From NCBI GenBank assembly GCA_051155755.1, contig DAXETY010000030.1, positions 4,551 to 68,550 on the forward strand: DNA of 64,000 nt, written 5' to 3'. Positions 20,601 through 29,163 of the stretch are shown piece by piece (within the stretch, counting starts at the first letter, position 1; every line of letters starts with the position of its first letter). The position numbers and the translations under genes were made by a program. The notes beneath the pieces were generated by a model that searched no databases, had not been told where the DNA came from, and saw nothing but the letters and a program-made list of their open reading frames with translations. This stretch comes from Desulfobacterales bacterium (lineage in GTDB: Bacteria > Desulfobacterota > Desulfobacteria > Desulfobacterales > SG8-13).

Positions 20601-23252
20601 CGCACCGAACCGCGGCCAGCTTCCCCGGCTTTGGAAACGGCGACCGGACCCGATGAAACGGAAATACCGCGGGAGCCAAACACCGAAGTCTTGCGACGCA
20701 GCTTCGAAGCCACCGGCGCGGCCCATCGCCGCTTTCTGGAATTTTCACAGGACCTGACCCGCAACTACGGGGAGGCCTTCGCACTGCAGAATCAGCTGCT
20801 GCAAAAACTGCGCGGTCCCCGAAGGGAATCGGGCCGAACGGCTTCGGCGGAATCGCCGCCGTCCCAGACCGCCCCCAAGCCGGCGCCGTTGTATTCCAGG
20901 GATCAGTGCCTGGAGTTTGCAACCGGCCGGGTGTCCCGTGTTCTGGGACCGAAGTTTGCAGACGTTGACCGCTACGCGGCCCGTGTCCGGCTGCCGGATG
21001 AACCATTGATGCTGGTCGACCGGATCCTGACCGTCGAGGGCGAAAAAGGCTCGCTGTCTTCGGGACGGGTGGTAACCGAACACGACGTGCGCCCCGACGC
21101 CTGGTACCTGGACGGCGGACGGGCTCCGGTGTGCATTGCCGTTGAAGCCGGCCAGGCCGACCTGTTTTTGTGCGCCTATCTGGGAATCGATCTGGCGGTC
21201 CGGGGCCGGCGGGTGTACCGGCTGCTGGATGCCAGCGTGACCTTCCACCGGACGCTTCCCCGGCCGGGAGAAACGATCCGCTACGACATCCGCATCGAAA
21301 AATTTATCCGGCAGGGCGACACTTACATGTTCTTCTTCAATTTCCGGGGCACCATTGGAAGCGAGCTTCTGATCCGGATGACGGACGGCTGTGCCGGGTT
21401 TTTCACCGAAGCGGAAATTCGCTCCTCGGGCGGCATCCTGGGAGGCGGCGGCCAAGCCGATGCCCGCCAGGGGCGCAGGGATCCTGGCTTTCGCCCCCTG
21501 GTTGCCGTGCGGCGAGCCAGTTACGACGATCAGGCCCTGGATGCCCTGCGAAAGGGGGACCTGGCGGCCTGCTTCGGTGATGATTTCCGTTCGGTGGCGC
21601 TGGCCGAAGGATTACGGCTGCCCGGTGGACGCATGAAACTGATCGACCGTATCCTCGATCTGGAGCCCGAGGGCGGCCGATCCGGCCTCGGCCGTATCCG
21701 GGCCGAAGCCGACATCCATGGGGACGACTGGTTTTTGACCTGTCATTTCGTGGACGACATGACCATGCCCGGCACCCTGATGTACGAATGCTGCGCCCAC
21801 ACCCTGCGGGTGTTTCTGCTGCGTCTGGGGTGGGTCACCGACCGGCCGGAGGTGCGCTATGAACCGATTTCAGAGGTCAAAAGCGTTCTCAAATGCAGAG
21901 GGCCGGTCACACCGAAGACCCGCAAAGTCGTCTATGAGGTGGAAATCCGTGAGATCGGCTATCGACCCGAGCCATACGTGATTGCCGATGCGCACATGTA
22001 TGCCGATGGCCGCTACATCGTTCGCTTCATGGACATGACCCTGCAGATGGTCGGCCTCGATCGAAACATGCTGGGAACCGACTGGGCAAAGCGCAACGAC
22101 CGCTCACCGGCCCCGGTGGAACCAACCATTCGGTTTAACCGACAGCAAATCCTGGCCTTTGCCGTAGGCCGACCCTCGGAAGCTTTCGGCGCTGCATATC
22201 GTCCCTTCGACACGGATCGCTTTATCGCCCGGCTCCCCGGACCGCCTTATTCTTTCCTGGACCGCGTCGTCGGGATCGAGCCCCGTCCCTGGGAGCTGCC
22301 CGCCGAAGGGTGGGTCGAAGCCGAGTACGACCTGAAGCCGGCCGCTTGGTTTTTCCGGGCCGATCGTTCGGGAATCCTGCCGTACTGCGTGATGATGGAG
22401 ATTGCATTGCAGGCCTGCGGCTGGCTGGCTGCATATGCCGGATCGGCGCTGCGCAGCCAACGCGGGCTGCGGTTCCGCAATCTCGACGGCCGCGCCACAC
22501 TGCTGCGCGACGTGCCGCCGTGCCGTGCCACCCTGACGACCCGCTGCCGGATGAAAAAAATGTCCGCTTCCGGAGACATGCTGATCGAATCTTTCGAATT
22601 TCAGGTTCTGTTTAAAAACGCGGTAATTTTCGAAGGCGACACGTCATTCGGATTTTTCACCCGCGAAGCGCTGCAAGCCCAGAAAGGCATCGCCGCCGCA
22701 GAAGGTCCGGTCGAGTTGGAAGCCAATCAGACCGGCATGCCGATCGGTCTGAAGGACGAACCGCCGCTGACCCCGGAAGATCCCGATGAAAAGCCTGCCC
22801 GCGGCGCCGCGCTTCCCGCCCGGGCGCTGCGGATGATCGATCGCATCGACACCTACCTGCCCGACGGAGGCCCCCACGGGCTCGGCTACCTGCGGGCGAT
22901 CAAAACCGTCGATCCGTCCGAGTGGTTTTTCAAGGCCCATTTTTTTCAGGATCCGGTCTGCCCGGGGTCTCTGGGGGTCGAATCCTTTCTGCAGCTGCTC
23001 AAGTTCGCCGCCCTGCAGCGCTGGCCGGCCCTGGCCGACTCCCGGCGCTTTGTCCACCGCCTGCAAAAGCCTCATACCTGGAAATACCGCGGCCAGATCC
23101 TGCCCCACAACCGCCGGGTGGAAGTCATCGCCGCAATCACCGCAATCGAGGAAGGACCCGAACCGGAACTTCGGGCCGACGGATGGTTGAAAGTCGATGG
23201 GCTGACCATCTATCATCTGAAAGATTTCGGCATCGCGATGGCGAAAATCTGA
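17652..23252 (+). CDS. pfaC: PfaC-like PUFA synthase subunit (KS-CLF-FabA-type DH domains)
   Basis: KS DAACASS, HGAGT, GHLL; degenerate second KS (CLF); FabA-like DWFLTCHFVDDMTMPG and EWFFKAHFFQDPVCPGSLG. No AT motif seen. Confidence 0.88.
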   Translation: MQSPLQIAVVGMAGIFPGAGDLEQFWNNLIHKKAAVRDVPSHRWAAPARWMVQPEPAPDRARSQRCCLVEDLAFDPEGFAIDADLLAALDPLYHMVLQAGRNAVSRPVSVRLNARRTGTVLAAIALPTESASTLTRKMFHSLFEHQLFGTSSGYRIPSMKERLAARVTSLPASLLAAALSLEGGSLTLDAACASSLYAVKLACDALAAGRVDAMLAGGVSRPDCLYTQVGFSQLRALSPSGRCAPFDREADGLVVGEGAGILVLKRLADALREGDKVYGIIRGIGLSNDMRGNLLAPDTEGQLRAMQTAYRVSGWNPTDVDLIECHGAGTPVGDATELTSLTALWADHQWRPGQCAIGSVKSAIGHLLTAAGAAGMIKTLLAMQAKSLPPSLHFSEAAADSPLVGGPFRVAIEAAPWERRTPDTPRRAAVSAFGFGGINAHLLLEEPPISAEERTAHAQPERVPAMTTTSGGPDAAPIAITGMETIFGAAGSLEAFQDRIFQTAPGLLQRPADRWKGCEALLADVPDLFRLHGGFFESICLPSDMFRIPPRELPEILPQHLVMLQAAAGALIDAAMPLRRERTDMGVIVGLDFDYEATNFQFRWSLYERIDRWCETNGLPLDTEARIRWREALQQAAGPPLTSTRTLGALGGVVASRLAREFRFGGPSFGVSCGRISGLRALEIAVRMLQQQETAAMLVGAVDMAGDLREMLVGMQSYSRGDAIRAFDRESDGTLPGEGAAAVVLKPLDRALKDGDRVYAVIRGVGISGNAQMGTTASGPRIDAITRALAEAQLETSSIDHIEVHGSGVPAEDDAEAHALSSLPVKSGRSRSVGATAPILGDTGCAASLAGLIKTAVCLHQRRIPPLATPRIPVLPAMDFPDRSRPWPQSDPATPPRACLTMGSDDGNAAAVVLEAAKRPDNGTQSRAENIRSDHRPVEGRRLSIPVGGPRLQAVPWKHFAHGQLTTSAAASETAPANAVREYRTEPRPASPALETATGPDETEIPREPNTEVLRRSFEATGAAHRRFLEFSQDLTRNYGEAFALQNQLLQKLRGPRRESGRTASAESPPSQTAPKPAPLYSRDQCLEFATGRVSRVLGPKFADVDRYAARVRLPDEPLMLVDRILTVEGEKGSLSSGRVVTEHDVRPDAWYLDGGRAPVCIAVEAGQADLFLCAYLGIDLAVRGRRVYRLLDASVTFHRTLPRPGETIRYDIRIEKFIRQGDTYMFFFNFRGTIGSELLIRMTDGCAGFFTEAEIRSSGGILGGGGQADARQGRRDPGFRPLVAVRRASYDDQALDALRKGDLAACFGDDFRSVALAEGLRLPGGRMKLIDRILDLEPEGGRSGLGRIRAEADIHGDDWFLTCHFVDDMTMPGTLMYECCAHTLRVFLLRLGWVTDRPEVRYEPISEVKSVLKCRGPVTPKTRKVVYEVEIREIGYRPEPYVIADAHMYADGRYIVRFMDMTLQMVGLDRNMLGTDWAKRNDRSPAPVEPTIRFNRQQILAFAVGRPSEAFGAAYRPFDTDRFIARLPGPPYSFLDRVVGIEPRPWELPAEGWVEAEYDLKPAAWFFRADRSGILPYCVMMEIALQACGWLAAYAGSALRSQRGLRFRNLDGRATLLRDVPPCRATLTTRCRMKKMSASGDMLIESFEFQVLFKNAVIFEGDTSFGFFTREALQAQKGIAAAEGPVELEANQTGMPIGLKDEPPLTPEDPDEKPARGAALPARALRMIDRIDTYLPDGGPHGLGYLRAIKTVDPSEWFFKAHFFQDPVCPGSLGVESFLQLLKFAALQRWPALADSRRFVHRLQKPHTWKYRGQILPHNRRVEVIAAITAIEEGPEPELRADGWLKVDGLTIYHLKDFGIAMAKI

Positions 23253-23258
23253 TACGTA

Positions 23259-23775
23259 CAATTGGTTTGATTGGTTTGATTGGTTCAATTGGTTGACGGA
23301 ATGCCGGGCGCATCTGAAGCTGAAACGACGAAAGGGCACAGGCCTGGTTCAATTGGTTTAATTGGTTCGATTGGTTCAATTGGTTGCCGAAGGGTGTTGC
23401 GTGCCCGAAATTGAAACGGCATAAAAACGGTTTCATTGGTTTGATTGGTTCAACTGGTTCGGTTGGTTGACGGATGCCGGGCGCATCTGAAGCTGAAACG
23501 GCGAAAGGGAGAATCGGCGAAACGGCGTAATGTCGGTTCGATTGGTTGGATTGGTTGTCTGGGTTGAGGGTTGCGTGTTACGGGTTGCGGGTCGCGCGTT
23601 GGCTACCCAGGCTTTTTATAACGGATGAACTATGAGCTATGAACTATGAGCTATCAGCTACGAACTATGAGCTATGAACTATGAGCTATGAGCTATGAAC
23701 TATGAGCCATTAGCTATAAACTTTTTTAGGGACCACGGACCACTGACGCCGCGCAGCGGCAAACGGACTAACGGA
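23259..23775 (+). repeat. Composite repeat island C: three to four ~85-nt units of (ATTGGTTNN)n + linker + TGAAACG, then GGGTTGC heptamers, about 14 x TATGA(A/G)C (23624-23721) and GGACCAC heptamers
   Basis: Read directly; units at 23259-23338 and 23435-23510 are near-identical. Confidence 0.93.
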
Positions 23776-24819
23776 ATGTTACGATACGACAACGTCATCA
23801 TCGACGCCTTCGGCTACGAGCTGCCGCCGAACGTGTTCACATCCGACGACCTGGAAGAACAGCTGGAACCATTGTACCGGGCGCTGCGCTTCCAGAAAGG
23901 ACAGCTGGAAGCGCTGACCGGCATCCGCGAACGGCGTTTCTGGGACCCGGGATTTGAGGTGGCACACGGAGCGGCCGCCGCCGGCCGCAAGGCCCTGCGG
24001 CATGCAGCGGTCTCCGCGGACGAAATCGGTATCCTGATCTATGCGGCGGTATGCCGCGACAATATCGAACCGGCCACTGCCTGCAGCGTTTGCCACGAGC
24101 TAGGCCTGCGGCCGGAGACACAGGTCTACGACGTCTCCAACGCCTGCCTGGGAGTGCTCAACGGCATGGTCCAGATCGCCAACGCCATCGAACTCGGCCA
24201 GATTCGGGCCGGGATGGTGGTGGCCTGTGAAACCTCGCGGCAGGTCGTCGAAGCGACCATTCGACGACTGAACGACAGCCGGGACATGAACTTTTTCAAA
24301 AAAAATATCGCCACATTGACCGGCGGTTCCGGGGCGGTTGCCGTCATTCTGTCCGAAGCATCCGCCGCCCGCGGCCGTCCCCGATTGCTGGGCGGCACCT
24401 ATCGCCAGGACAATGCCCATCACCGGCTGTGCATGTGGGGTGCCCAGACCGAATCGGCGGACGAAGGACTGCATTTCATTGAAACCGACTCCATGGGCAT
24501 TTTGTCCAACGGCGTGCGGCTGGGAGCCGAGACATTCAAAGCCCTGCGTCCGGCACTGCAGTGGTCGATCGGGGCGCCCGACCGCATCGTCTGCCATCAG
24601 GTCGGTGAAACCCATCAGAGGCAGATCCTGGAAGCAATCGGCATTTCACCGCAAAAGGATTTCACCACCTTTCAGTACCTGGGCAACATCGGTTCGGTAT
24701 CCTTGCCGATCACGGCCGCCATTGCAACGGAGCGTCGATTTATCAACCCCGGCGATCGGGTCGGATTTCTGGGCATCGGCAGCGGACTGAACTGCCTCAT
24801 GCTGGGGCTGCAGTGGTAG
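23776..24819 (+). CDS. oleA: OleA thiolase-family acyl-CoA condensing enzyme
   Basis: LTGIRERRFW, EPATA (Glu), SNACLG (Cys), HQVG, GNIGS, GIGSGLNC; first gene of an oleABCD order. Confidence 0.9.
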   Translation: MLRYDNVIIDAFGYELPPNVFTSDDLEEQLEPLYRALRFQKGQLEALTGIRERRFWDPGFEVAHGAAAAGRKALRHAAVSADEIGILIYAAVCRDNIEPATACSVCHELGLRPETQVYDVSNACLGVLNGMVQIANAIELGQIRAGMVVACETSRQVVEATIRRLNDSRDMNFFKKNIATLTGGSGAVAVILSEASAARGRPRLLGGTYRQDNAHHRLCMWGAQTESADEGLHFIETDSMGILSNGVRLGAETFKALRPALQWSIGAPDRIVCHQVGETHQRQILEAIGISPQKDFTTFQYLGNIGSVSLPITAAIATERRFINPGDRVGFLGIGSGLNCLMLGLQW

Positions 24820-24889
24820 ATATTTTTAAATCGGAATTTCTCTGCGGCACTGCGGTGAAATGAAATTGAGGCTTGGACCCGAAACGACC

Positions 24890-25819
24890 ATGGCCAAACC
24901 CATCGACACCTCGAAATTTGCGCACCTGTATCCGTTTGGGTCGCATTACCTGGACCTCGACGGACTGCGGTACCACTACCTGGATGAAGGACACGGCGAT
25001 CCGGTGGTGATGGTCCACGGCAATCCGACCTGGTCTTTTTATTTCCGCCGGCTGGCGCTGGCCCTGCGACCCGAATATCGGGTCATCGTGCCGGATCACA
25101 TCGGCTGCGGGCTCTCGGACAAACCCCCACGGAAGGACTACTCCTACCGGCTGCAGAATCGCATCGACGATCTGCAACAGCTGATCGACCGCCTGGAACC
25201 CGAACGCCGACTCACCCTGGTGCTGCACGATTGGGGCGGTGCCATCGGCATGGGCCTGGCGGTGCGAATCCCCGAACGCATCGGGCGCATCGTGGTACTG
25301 AACACGGCCGCCTTTCTGCCGCCGCCCGGCAAGGTTCTGCCCCTGCGGCTGCGGATGGTGCGGAACCTGCCGCCGTTGGCGGTACCGGCGGTACTGGGGC
25401 TGAACCTGTTTGCACGGGCCGCTGTCTGGATGGCGCCCCGCCGACGGCTTGCACCGGAGGTGCGGGCCGGATTGACCGCTCCTTACAACAGCTGGCCAAA
25501 CCGCATCGCCACACTGATGTTCGTGCGCGACATTCCGGTGCACTCCCGGGATCCGAGCTACGCCGCAGTCAAAGAGATCGATGCGAACCTGGACCGACTC
25601 TCCGGCCGGCCCATGCTGATTTGCTGGGGAATGCACGATTTTGTCTTCGACCGCGACTATCTGGCGGAATGGCGGCGCCGATTTCCCGCGGCGGATGTGC
25701 ACGAGTGCAATGAGGCCGGCCACTACCTGCTGGAGGATGCCCCGCGGAAAATTACGGGATTGATTCAGCGCTTCCTGAAGGCGCATCCATTGGAAAATGA
25801 TGCCGAGCACAGATCATGA
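24890..25819 (+). CDS. oleB: OleB alpha/beta-hydrolase (beta-lactone decarboxylase)
   Basis: HGNPTWSFY, DHIGCGLS, HDWGG, GHYLLED; operon context. Confidence 0.88.
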   Translation: MAKPIDTSKFAHLYPFGSHYLDLDGLRYHYLDEGHGDPVVMVHGNPTWSFYFRRLALALRPEYRVIVPDHIGCGLSDKPPRKDYSYRLQNRIDDLQQLIDRLEPERRLTLVLHDWGGAIGMGLAVRIPERIGRIVVLNTAAFLPPPGKVLPLRLRMVRNLPPLAVPAVLGLNLFARAAVWMAPRRRLAPEVRAGLTAPYNSWPNRIATLMFVRDIPVHSRDPSYAAVKEIDANLDRLSGRPMLICWGMHDFVFDRDYLAEWRRRFPAADVHECNEAGHYLLEDAPRKITGLIQRFLKAHPLENDAEHRS

Positions 25820-27476
25820 CATGGCTCCGGCCAACGTAAGCCGTTTTCTGCAGCGGGCGGCACGCGCCCAACCGCATCGACGCGCGGTGGTCACCCCCCA
25901 CGGACGCGACGGCGGCGGCCGGGTCAGCTACGTGCACCTGACCTTCGAGCAACTCGACCGCGAGTCGGACCGCCTGGCCCGCGGGCTGGATCGCGCCGGC
26001 ATCGGACGGGGCACGCGGACCATCGTGATGGTGCGTCCGAGTCTGGCGTTTTTCGTTCTGACCTTCGCCGTCTTCAAAGCCGGCGCCGTCCCGGTGATGG
26101 TCGACCCCGGCATGGGGTTGCGTCGCATGCTGGCCTGCTTTCAGGAGTGCCGGCCGGAGGCGTTCATCGGCATTCCGGTTGCCCATGTCCTGCGCAAACT
26201 CCGCCCGGGCTTCTTCCGATCGGTGAAACGCTGGGTCACGGTGGGCCGTCGCTGGTTCTGGGGGGGCTTTACGCTCACCGGGCTGATGGATTCGGATGAT
26301 TCTCCCTTTGCGGCGATCGAACCCGCGCCCGACGAAACCGCGGCCATTTTGTTTACCACCGGCTCCACCGGACCGGCCAAAGGTGTCGTCTACACCCACA
26401 GCGTATTCGGCGCCCAGATCGAAAGCATCCGCTCGCATTACGGCATCACCGCCGGTGAAATCGACCTGCCCACCTTTCCGCTGTTTGCCCTGTTCGACCC
26501 GGCCCTGGGAATGACAGCCGTCATCCCGGACATGGATCCGACCCGTCCGGCCCGGGTGGATCCCCGCAAGATCATCGAGGCCATCACCAACCAGGGCGTC
26601 ACCAACATGTTCGCCTCTCCGGCACTGCTTCATCGGGTCGGCCGATACGGTCGCCGCCACGGCATACAGCTGCCGTCACTGAAGCGGGTGATTTCCGCCG
26701 GCGCTCCGATCATGCCGTCCAACATCGAACAGTTTTCGTCCATGCTGGTCGGCGATGCCCAGGTGCATACCGGTTACGGCGCCACCGAGGCGATGCCGGT
26801 GGCTTCGATTGCCGGTGGCGAAATCCTGTCTGAAACCCGCCCGCTGACCGAACAGGGCCGCGGAGTGTGCGTGGGGCGACCGCTGGCCGATATCCGGGTG
26901 CGTATCCTGGAAATCAGCGATGCACCGATCCCGGACATTTCATCGGCCCGCATCCTCGATGACGGTTCAGTGGGCGAAATCACGGTCCAGGGACCGCCGG
27001 TCACCCGCCGTTACTACCAGCGCCCCGAAGCCGATGCATTGGCCAAGATCGCCGAAGAAAAGACGGTGTGGCACCGCATGGGCGATCTGGGCCGCATCGA
27101 CGCCAAAGGACGCATCTGGTTTTACGGGCGCAAAAGCCACCGGGTGATCACCTCCGGCGGCAGCCTGTTTACGATCCCCTGCGAGGCGATTTTCAACAAT
27201 CACCCCAGCGTCTATCGCAGCGCCCTGGTGGGCGTCGGCAAGCCGCCGCGGCAGCGGCCGGTGATCTGCATCGAGCCCTATGACAAGCACATCGACCGGG
27301 AACAGCTCACCGGGCAGCTGCTGGAGATGGCCGGGCGCAGTGAGTTGACCCGCATGATCGACACCGTTTTGTTCCCGCCGGAATTTCCGGTGGATATCCG
27401 CCACAACTCTAAAATTTTTCGCGAAAAGCTGGCGGTGTGGGCGGCAAAAAAACTCCAAACCGGTTCGAAGTTATGA
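25797..27476 (+). CDS. oleC: OleC AMP-dependent ligase (beta-lactone synthetase)
   Basis: FTTGSTGPAKG, YGATE, HRMGD, PVDIRHNSKIFREKL. The start may be 25821. Confidence 0.9.
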   Translation: MMPSTDHDMAPANVSRFLQRAARAQPHRRAVVTPHGRDGGGRVSYVHLTFEQLDRESDRLARGLDRAGIGRGTRTIVMVRPSLAFFVLTFAVFKAGAVPVMVDPGMGLRRMLACFQECRPEAFIGIPVAHVLRKLRPGFFRSVKRWVTVGRRWFWGGFTLTGLMDSDDSPFAAIEPAPDETAAILFTTGSTGPAKGVVYTHSVFGAQIESIRSHYGITAGEIDLPTFPLFALFDPALGMTAVIPDMDPTRPARVDPRKIIEAITNQGVTNMFASPALLHRVGRYGRRHGIQLPSLKRVISAGAPIMPSNIEQFSSMLVGDAQVHTGYGATEAMPVASIAGGEILSETRPLTEQGRGVCVGRPLADIRVRILEISDAPIPDISSARILDDGSVGEITVQGPPVTRRYYQRPEADALAKIAEEKTVWHRMGDLGRIDAKGRIWFYGRKSHRVITSGGSLFTIPCEAIFNNHPSVYRSALVGVGKPPRQRPVICIEPYDKHIDREQLTGQLLEMAGRSELTRMIDTVLFPPEFPVDIRHNSKIFREKLAVWAAKKLQTGSKL

Positions 27477-28528
27477 ACGCTGAAAATCAAATCAACGGAA
27501 AAAAAACAAATCGCCCCCCCCGGCTGCTGGTAACCGGCGGCGGCGGTTTTCTCGGCAGTGCCATCGTCCGGGCTTTGATCCGGCAAGGAGAAAGCGTGCG
27601 CAGCTTTTCGCGCGGCTTCTATCCGGACCTCGAAGCGTTGGGCGTCGAACAGGTGCGGGGCGACCTGAGGGACGCTGAAGCGGTCGAATCCGCCTGCAGC
27701 GGTGTGGAAACCGTGTTTCACACGGCGGCCAAAGCCGGCGTCTGGGGGCCGGAACATGCATTTGTGGCCACCAACGTAGGCGGAACCCGCAACGTCATCG
27801 AGGCCTGCCGTAAGCAGGCCGTCGCGCAACTGGTATACACATCCTCGCCCAGCGTGGTGTTCGACGGCAGCGACATGGAAGGCATCGACGAGTCGGCCCC
27901 CTACCCGGCCCGCTACCCGGCTCATTACCCCCGCACCAAGGCCCAGGCCGAGCGCATGGTGCGGGCGGCGGCGGATGACAACCTGAAGACGATCACGTTG
28001 CGACCGCACCTCATCTGGGGGCCCGGGGACAATCACCTGGTGCCGCGCATCATCGCCCGTGCCCGACGCCTGCGCCGGGTCGGCAGCGGCCGCAACCGGG
28101 TGGACACCATTTACATCGACAATGCCGCCGATGCGCATCTGCTGGCCGCCGATGCGCTGCGGAAAGACGCCTCGCTTTCCGGCCGCGTGTATTTCATCAG
28201 CCAGGGAAAACCGATTCGATTGTGGGAAATGGTGAACGCCATCCTCGCCGCTGGTGAACTGCCGCCGGTGCATCGCTCGATTTCGCCCCGGACGGCCTTG
28301 TGCATCGGGGCCGTTTTGGAGTTTATCTACCGCAGCCTCGGCATCCGGGCTGAACCGCCCATGACCCGCTTTGTGGCCAAAGAACTGGCAACTTCCCACT
28401 GGTTCGACATTTCGGCGGCCCGCCGGGATCTGGGCTATGCCCCCCGCGTCAGCACCGAGCAGGGATTGCAGCAGCTGGCCGGGTGGCTGCAAACATCCCG
28501 CCAATTCAACGACGAAGATCGAAATTGA
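27473..28528 (+). CDS. oleD: OleD NAD(P)-dependent reductase (3-beta-HSD/epimerase family)
   Basis: VTGGGGFLG, TSSPSVVF, YPRTK, RPHLIWGPGD. Confidence 0.9.
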   Translation: MNAENQINGKKTNRPPRLLVTGGGGFLGSAIVRALIRQGESVRSFSRGFYPDLEALGVEQVRGDLRDAEAVESACSGVETVFHTAAKAGVWGPEHAFVATNVGGTRNVIEACRKQAVAQLVYTSSPSVVFDGSDMEGIDESAPYPARYPAHYPRTKAQAERMVRAAADDNLKTITLRPHLIWGPGDNHLVPRIIARARRLRRVGSGRNRVDTIYIDNAADAHLLAADALRKDASLSGRVYFISQGKPIRLWEMVNAILAAGELPPVHRSISPRTALCIGAVLEFIYRSLGIRAEPPMTRFVAKELATSHWFDISAARRDLGYAPRVSTEQGLQQLAGWLQTSRQFNDEDRN

Positions 28529-28625
28529 CGGTCGGTGCCGCCACATCTTGACAACCCGAAGCGACGGCGGTAGCCATGGGGACGGCATCGGCTGCATGCG
28601 CACGGAAAAGGATCGAGGAGCCGCT

Positions 28626-29144
28626 ATGAAACTGACCGACATTCAACCCCTGGAAGACTGGACAGCCCTGGAACAGGACCTGCACGAACGGTTTCACGTA
28701 GACGTCAATGTCTTCGACACCAAGGGCGTGCGCATCTCCGAGTTCAAGGAATGGGTCAACCGGCTGTGCCCGGAAATCAAAGCCACCGACAAGGGGCAGA
28801 GCTTTATCTGCGCGGTGGCGCATATGAATGTCGCCGCAATGGCCATGCAGACCCGCGAGCCCCGGATCGAAGAATGCGATGCCGGCCTGGTGAAGATCGT
28901 GGTGCCGATCTTTGTCGAGGACGAATTTGTCGGCGCCGTGGGGGCCTGCGGCCTGCTGCTCGACGAGGGAGAGATCGACACCTTTTTGATCAACAAGATC
29001 ACCGAAATCGACGAGGAGCGGGCCGAGCAACTGGCAACGGACATCGGCCGCCTTTCCAGCGAAGACGCCCGGGCGCTGGTGGACGCCGTGCAAAAAGAAA
29101 TCGACCGCATCCTGCAGTCCTATCATCGTCGGACGGCGCGGTAG
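28626..29144 (+). CDS. Stand-alone PocR ligand-binding domain protein
   Basis: NRLCPEIK, FICAVAH, ECDAGLVKIVVPIFV...GAVG pattern; GAGGAG RBS. Confidence 0.75.
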   Translation: MKLTDIQPLEDWTALEQDLHERFHVDVNVFDTKGVRISEFKEWVNRLCPEIKATDKGQSFICAVAHMNVAAMAMQTREPRIEECDAGLVKIVVPIFVEDEFVGAVGACGLLLDEGEIDTFLINKITEIDEERAEQLATDIGRLSSEDARALVDAVQKEIDRILQSYHRRTAR

Positions 29145-29163
29145 CACCGAAGGAGATCGTTGA

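Noticed and set aside
23259-23530. CRISPR array (units end in ATTGAAAC/CTGAAAC)
   Set aside because: No constant 25-40 nt repeat with unique spacers; units are internally 9-mer periodic, linkers are duplicated, and no cas genes are present.
23695-23775. N-terminal extension of OleA and repeat-encoded NQLNQSNQ peptides (22644-23436)
   Set aside because: These are translations of the repeat arrays with no evidence of coding.
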